Below the pieces are notes generated by a model. It was given only the letters and a program-made list of their open reading frames with translations, had not been told where the DNA came from and did no database searches. From positions 4,213-68,212 of IMG/VR virus record IMGVR_UViG_3300028591_000198: 64,000 nt of DNA; one strand, given 5' to 3'. The DNA is from a virus (Duplodnaviria > Caudoviricetes). Shown piece by piece: positions 59,382 through 64,000 of the stretch. The first letter of the stretch is position 1. Each line of letters starts with the position of its first letter. Position numbers and translations under genes: made by a program.

Positions 59382-59897
59382 ATGCAATCAAAATTACGTA
59401 AGAGCCTGGAATTCTATAAGACAACATGTCCACAGACGGGCTATCAAATTACACCTGTTCGTGGATTATATGTTTCCGGAACACATCTGGCTCCGTGGTA
59501 TATTGATCATGTTATTACATTGCAATCATGGATCTCAACACCGTGTGAGATCCATGATTACTCTCAATATTCCACGAGTCTGAGACCTGATTCCGCGATG
59601 TCATTGGTTGATATAGATAGAACCGATCCAGTTGTGACAAATTATACGACATCGAATAAAAAATTACAACCGGATTCTGCAATGGTGTTAACGGATATTG
59701 AAAGTATTCCGCCTAATATTCTATCTTATATAACAACCAACTATTCATTTACTGATTCTGCAATGATGCTTGTTGATACAGAGACAACATTGTCAACGAT
59801 AGATGATGCTTCTCCTATTTTGTCAAACGACATAGAACCGATTATCACATTGCAGCAGTTTACTTCATCACAAGCCGTCATCACGGATAATAACTAA
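59382..59897 (+). CDS. small protein with three ~28-aa repeats
   Basis: (P)DSAMxLxD three times; Ser/Thr-rich. Confidence 0.7.
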   Translation: MQSKLRKSLEFYKTTCPQTGYQITPVRGLYVSGTHLAPWYIDHVITLQSWISTPCEIHDYSQYSTSLRPDSAMSLVDIDRTDPVVTNYTTSNKKLQPDSAMVLTDIESIPPNILSYITTNYSFTDSAMMLVDTETTLSTIDDASPILSNDIEPIITLQQFTSSQAVITDNN

Positions 59898-59914
59898 CAA
59901 AGGAGGTATTGTGA

Positions 59915-62900
59915 ATGGAATTTAAAACAATAGAAGGCATGCCAGAAAGTGTCAAACGATTTTTCGATTCATATATGAAAAAACATCCTGAAGAATGTGC
60001 TCCCGCAGGAGCACATAATATTTATCATTGCATCACAGTGAATCGAGATGGAGAAATCACAGACGAAAAATTCGGTGTCAATATATTGACAAATTTGGGT
60101 TTAAATTTGATGACTGGTACCGATACTCGTGATTTTAGCTCTGAGTTTGATACAAATTATTCGGCACTTGTTCTTGGAATGGGCGATCCCTCGGCACCGC
60201 AATTCAACGATCGTCGGTTGAATGAATATTTTGCACCCAATTATTATCCTGCAAATGAAACACGTTATACATCATCATGGTGGAATTTCAAGGATGGTTT
60301 GTACCCTTTACAATATTCAAATGGATTGATATATCAGAGTATACTGTTACACACATTGACCTATGATTATAACATATCCGGTATAACAGAGGACAGCACA
60401 ATCACGGAAATGGGTATTGTATCAATGTCTTCCGCAAGTTCTAGTGCTTCACCAGCGTCTGTAGATTTGTCTTCACACGCATTGATCTATGATGAGGAAG
60501 CTCATACGAGTTATATCATCAAACATTTAAATGAAAAGCTGATTATTCGTATTTATTGGGCAGGAAGCTACAAAGAGACACTGGTCAATGACTTATGGGA
60601 TTCAAATATCCATCTTGTGATGAGTCCGTGGCGTCTGGCAGCAGGGTTGCATTCACGTGCTGGTGCATCATTCACATTTTGTGGAAATGTTGCAGGAGCA
60701 TCTGTAGTTGGTGGTGGTGGTTGGGGCGCACCTGCAACACATAAAGGACATGTTTTACGTCCCATAGGAAACAGGCAGTTCGGGTATGGCTGTACAACAG
60801 CAAGCGAGACTGCAGCAGGTGGTTCTATTCGCAGAGGAGTAACAACGAATTCACCATTCTTGATGACAAACAAATATGATTATTTCGAAAACGTCCTATA
60901 TGCTCAATACGACTCCATGGACACCGGTGGATATGGCGCTTCAACCTGGGTGGAATGTCAAACACACGATGTGTTTATACTTGATTCTGATAACAAATTA
61001 TCTACTGAAGAAACACTTGAAAGTACGACGATTTATACCGATGATTATAAATCCCACACGTTGGCAAAAACATTTGGACATCCGCATTATTCATTTATAA
61101 ATATACATCCATCTGGTGGCTGGCAAGCGGAACTTGTCACCGCTGGATATAATAGTAATGTATTTACACATTATGGTGAATTTCCTGTTGTTGATTTTAC
61201 TATAACAAGCAGCCATATGTACAATCGCTTGACAGATGATTGGGATATTGCAGACACTGTCGTCAACAATTCATCATCTGTATATTATGGGCAATCAGCC
61301 ATTAGATCCGGAAGATTGTATATCACGGATTCAAATAATATCAACCGATATGTTCGTGTATTTGTGAATACAAAAACAAGTATTCCCATGAAAGCAATCA
61401 AAGGAATCAAAACGGCTTTGAATCTGTATACAACGGATAAATACTGGGATATCACAACTTGGGTGAAAGTTGAAGATCCTTCAAATATTCCGCAAGCACA
61501 AGCATCGAAAAAATACATCATTGATTTCAATGATAATCTTTCATTATTACAGATCATACGTGACCAAAATGTTCATGCTTATACACCAACAGCTTCTGTG
61601 AAAACATTGACAACCGGTCAAACTTTGAGTGCTACTGGATTTAATCAGTATTCATATGGTGAAAAGATATTGTCCAGCGATGCAAACAATTGGGTCATGT
61701 ATCTCGATAATCTTGTATACTATGACCAGAATATGACATCACAAGGTTCAATCAAATTGGTTGACATTGCGACAAATAATACAAGTCAAAGCAGTACAAC
61801 ATTCTTCACAAATTCCGGTTTGCGTTTTGCGACAGATGACTTCATTATCTTCTTCCATACCGTGTACAACAAATACAATACGACAGGAAACTCCACCAGA
61901 TGGCAATATCAACGTATGAAGATTTTCCGTGTTGCTGATAACTATGCTGATATGCAAAATTATCTGGCAAATCCTACGGGAAATGTATATGAAATGGCAT
62001 TTACATTTACTTCAGCGGATAGTTCCACTGATATCAATAGAGTTATCATAACATGGAGCAATGCCGGATATCTTGTGGCGGATGATTTTGCATACGGTTC
62101 TGGTGCGCATATTCTGAAGTTTGTTACTGAGAACGGTGTCAGAGTTCCGAAGATTGTCGATGTCCCTAATGCATCTCGTGGTCGTGCTCTTGGTCAAACA
62201 AAGTATCTTGTTTATTTCGATAAAACTGATAGTCATTTGGTTCATATTTATGACATGGATTCCGAATCAGTGTATCGCTCAGTCAGAATCCCAGATGGAT
62301 ATACGACACGTGGATTACTAAGCGGATTTTCAAATTATTTGTATATCCCCGTCACCGATACAGGCGGTACGAATATGACATATGGATGTGATATCACAAG
62401 TGGACAATTGTATCTCATGGACGGTTTTGATGGTAATGTATTTAATCCACATCAGGGATTGAGTCCAAGTGATTATGATGCTAAAATGGCAAATTATGCG
62501 TATTATAGTGATGACGTTATGGAGAATTGTTGTTCTGTAACAGGAGATGATTGTTTAATTGCATCCAAAATATATTTGAGTAGGTACCCGGAATACTGGA
62601 ATACCATAATACTTACATCGGATGATCCCTGGACTCTGAAACAGCTAACAGACGTCATTAAGAACGAAGATAATCCAGAATCAAAAGTCAACTATCGCCA
62701 AGTCACATTCAAAGATACTATATGTGAAACATCAGATCATAAACATTTGATATGGTTGCGAAATGTCGATGGATTTTATCAAAATGATTTTGAAAACAAT
62801 ACATATGGATTCGGATCAACGTATGTTGTCGACATGGGTTATATATTGAATGGGCATACACAAAACAGATTGTCTGAACAGACTGGACATGCTCCAAGGG

Positions 62901-63121
62901 TTAGAGGTGGAGCAACAATGTTCCGAGATGGAATCATTGCTGTCAGTAATGATGGAACGGCAACGTGGTCTCCATTGGAATGTTGGTTGCCTCACAAAGT
63001 AGTCGGTACAACACACACAATTACCTCATATAATAACCCGAAGTATATCACAGACAAACAGTTCAAATTCTATTTCTCAAATGATGTTGACGCAATTCCA
63101 CCGGTTCATCCACATTCATAA
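59915..63121 (+). CDS. tail-associated paralogue 2
   Basis: DEKFGVNILTNLG ... LPHKVVGTTHTITSYNNPK. Confidence 0.7.
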   Translation: MEFKTIEGMPESVKRFFDSYMKKHPEECAPAGAHNIYHCITVNRDGEITDEKFGVNILTNLGLNLMTGTDTRDFSSEFDTNYSALVLGMGDPSAPQFNDRRLNEYFAPNYYPANETRYTSSWWNFKDGLYPLQYSNGLIYQSILLHTLTYDYNISGITEDSTITEMGIVSMSSASSSASPASVDLSSHALIYDEEAHTSYIIKHLNEKLIIRIYWAGSYKETLVNDLWDSNIHLVMSPWRLAAGLHSRAGASFTFCGNVAGASVVGGGGWGAPATHKGHVLRPIGNRQFGYGCTTASETAAGGSIRRGVTTNSPFLMTNKYDYFENVLYAQYDSMDTGGYGASTWVECQTHDVFILDSDNKLSTEETLESTTIYTDDYKSHTLAKTFGHPHYSFINIHPSGGWQAELVTAGYNSNVFTHYGEFPVVDFTITSSHMYNRLTDDWDIADTVVNNSSSVYYGQSAIRSGRLYITDSNNINRYVRVFVNTKTSIPMKAIKGIKTALNLYTTDKYWDITTWVKVEDPSNIPQAQASKKYIIDFNDNLSLLQIIRDQNVHAYTPTASVKTLTTGQTLSATGFNQYSYGEKILSSDANNWVMYLDNLVYYDQNMTSQGSIKLVDIATNNTSQSSTTFFTNSGLRFATDDFIIFFHTVYNKYNTTGNSTRWQYQRMKIFRVADNYADMQNYLANPTGNVYEMAFTFTSADSSTDINRVIITWSNAGYLVADDFAYGSGAHILKFVTENGVRVPKIVDVPNASRGRALGQTKYLVYFDKTDSHLVHIYDMDSESVYRSVRIPDGYTTRGLLSGFSNYLYIPVTDTGGTNMTYGCDITSGQLYLMDGFDGNVFNPHQGLSPSDYDAKMANYAYYSDDVMENCCSVTGDDCLIASKIYLSRYPEYWNTIILTSDDPWTLKQLTDVIKNEDNPESKVNYRQVTFKDTICETSDHKHLIWLRNVDGFYQNDFENNTYGFGSTYVVDMGYILNGHTQNRLSEQTGHAPRVRGGATMFRDGIIAVSNDGTATWSPLECWLPHKVVGTTHTITSYNNPKYITDKQFKFYFSNDVDAIPPVHPHS

Positions 63122-63131
63122 AGAAAATATA

Positions 63132-63154
63132 TGGAGGGGGCTAAGCCCCCTCCA
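63132..63154. repeat. hairpin repeat between convergent paralogues
   Basis: TGGAGGGGGC-taa-GCCCCCTCCA. Confidence 0.85.
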
Positions 63155-63161
63155 ATATTCT

Positions 63162-64000
63162 TTATGTTGGTAAATCATATACAGTCGGATCATTTGTCAG
63201 TTTGATTTCAAATGCACCAGCTTTGATTTGTTTTGGATTATGATACGCTGTGATGGAGTGTGTTGTTCCAGTCACGTAATGTGGAACAAAACATTCGATT
63301 GGATTCCATACGATTTTATTGTTTGTGGAATCATACATCATAATTCCTCTTCGATATTGTCCAGGAAGGAATCCGCCTGAATCTCTATCTGTATATCCAG
63401 TGATAGCATTATATGATCTATAATATGGGATATCTGTCCAGCCATTATCCAATACATAACCAAAATCGAACACCCTGAGGCGGGGATCCATGTCCCAGTT
63501 ACTAGCACCCGTATTACATACACGGACCAATCTTTCGCCGTATGAACGTCCACAGTACATATTGTTTGGTGAGACATACAAAAGTTGTTCTTCGTGTGTA
63601 GCATCATTTTTGAACGTCATCAGTTGAGCTGCGTTAAATTCGAGAGTATAAGCACTACCAGTTTCTATAGTGATTACATTTGTATAGTCTTCATCCAAAT
63701 TTATGTATCGCACGCCATTTGTGACATGGAAACGAACCAACATAATTCCATGTTTTGAATACAACGGAACAGATGAATCTCCTTCCGTATATTGAACACT
63801 CGATTTGTACGAAATTTCGTTCGCAACAGGTGTATGCCATTTCGTATATCCGATTTTATCGATACGAACAAGCGTATCGTTATCAATGTTATATACAAAT
63901 GAGAAATTGCTTGTTGTTGAAATATAAACGTAACTACCACAACCAAAGATACCATCCGATTCATAGTCTTCTGGTAATCGAATGTTGTTTCTGTTCCATC
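63162..64000 (-). CDS. tail-associated paralogue 3, 5' end beyond the window
   Basis: The frame is open from 63998 (WNRNNIRLPEDY...) to TAA at 63162; C-terminal VPHYVTGTTHSITAYHNPK. Confidence 0.75.
   Translation of the reverse strand, partial: WNRNNIRLPEDYESDGIFGCGSYVYISTTSNFSFVYNIDNDTLVRIDKIGYTKWHTPVANEISYKSSVQYTEGDSSVPLYSKHGIMLVRFHVTNGVRYINLDEDYTNVITIETGSAYTLEFNAAQLMTFKNDATHEEQLLYVSPNNMYCGRSYGERLVRVCNTGASNWDMDPRLRVFDFGYVLDNGWTDIPYYRSYNAITGYTDRDSGGFLPGQYRRGIMMYDSTNNKIVWNPIECFVPHYVTGTTHSITAYHNPKQIKAGAFEIKLTNDPTVYDLPT

Noticed and set aside
1-64000. CRISPR array, tRNA, rRNA or tmRNA genes
   Set aside because: No regularly spaced direct repeats, no cloverleaf with T-loop GTTCRA in intergenic DNA, and no rRNA-like sequence seen
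1-64000. Alternative genetic code (TAG or TGA read-through)
   Set aside because: Core genes are full length in code 11, and TGA stops are followed by proper RBS-led genes
55418-64000. Diversity-generating retroelement or shufflon acting on the tail paralogues
   Set aside because: No reverse transcriptase or invertase in the window, and no near-identical TR/VR pair or crossover repeats; paralogue ends differ at many non-adenine positions

Overview
This window is a 64 kb segment of a large, AT-rich (roughly 35-38% GC by eye) tailed jumbo phage of the phiKZ/AR9(PBS1)-like type. Strong AAGGAGG ribosome-binding sites suggest a Bacillota host (inference). It encodes three pieces of split multisubunit RNA polymerases: a beta C-half, a beta' N-half with the DxDGD catalytic motif, and a beta' C-half. 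It also encodes a tubulin/FtsZ-family GTPase, an SbcC/SMC ATPase, an SF2 helicase, a GyrB split into two ORFs, a 5'-3' exonuclease, a palm-only PolB-like protein, a dATP/dGTP diphosphohydrolase and a kinase. Virion genes include terminase, portal, tail sheath, tail tube, baseplate parts and a tail-fibre/beta-propeller cluster at the right end. No tRNA, rRNA, CRISPR array, integrase or transposase was seen. The most unusual layer is non-coding. About 18 related GC-rich hairpins (core ATG-N-GGGGC-loop-GCCCC-N-CAT) punctuate the window, and one splits gyrB. A conserved AT-rich promoter-like motif occurs 5-6 times, with two copies identical at 34/35 nt. An AR9-like late motif, AACG-N6-TA, lies in front of virion genes. 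Between the hairpins and the promoters sit small, densely base-paired RNA units. Several of these carry RBS-led micro-ORFs missed by the ORF track, and two are closed by long 5'-3' panhandle stems. This hairpin / structured RNA / micro-ORF / promoter arrangement is the best candidate for an undescribed system. All family assignments come from motif recognition by eye; no database search was run.
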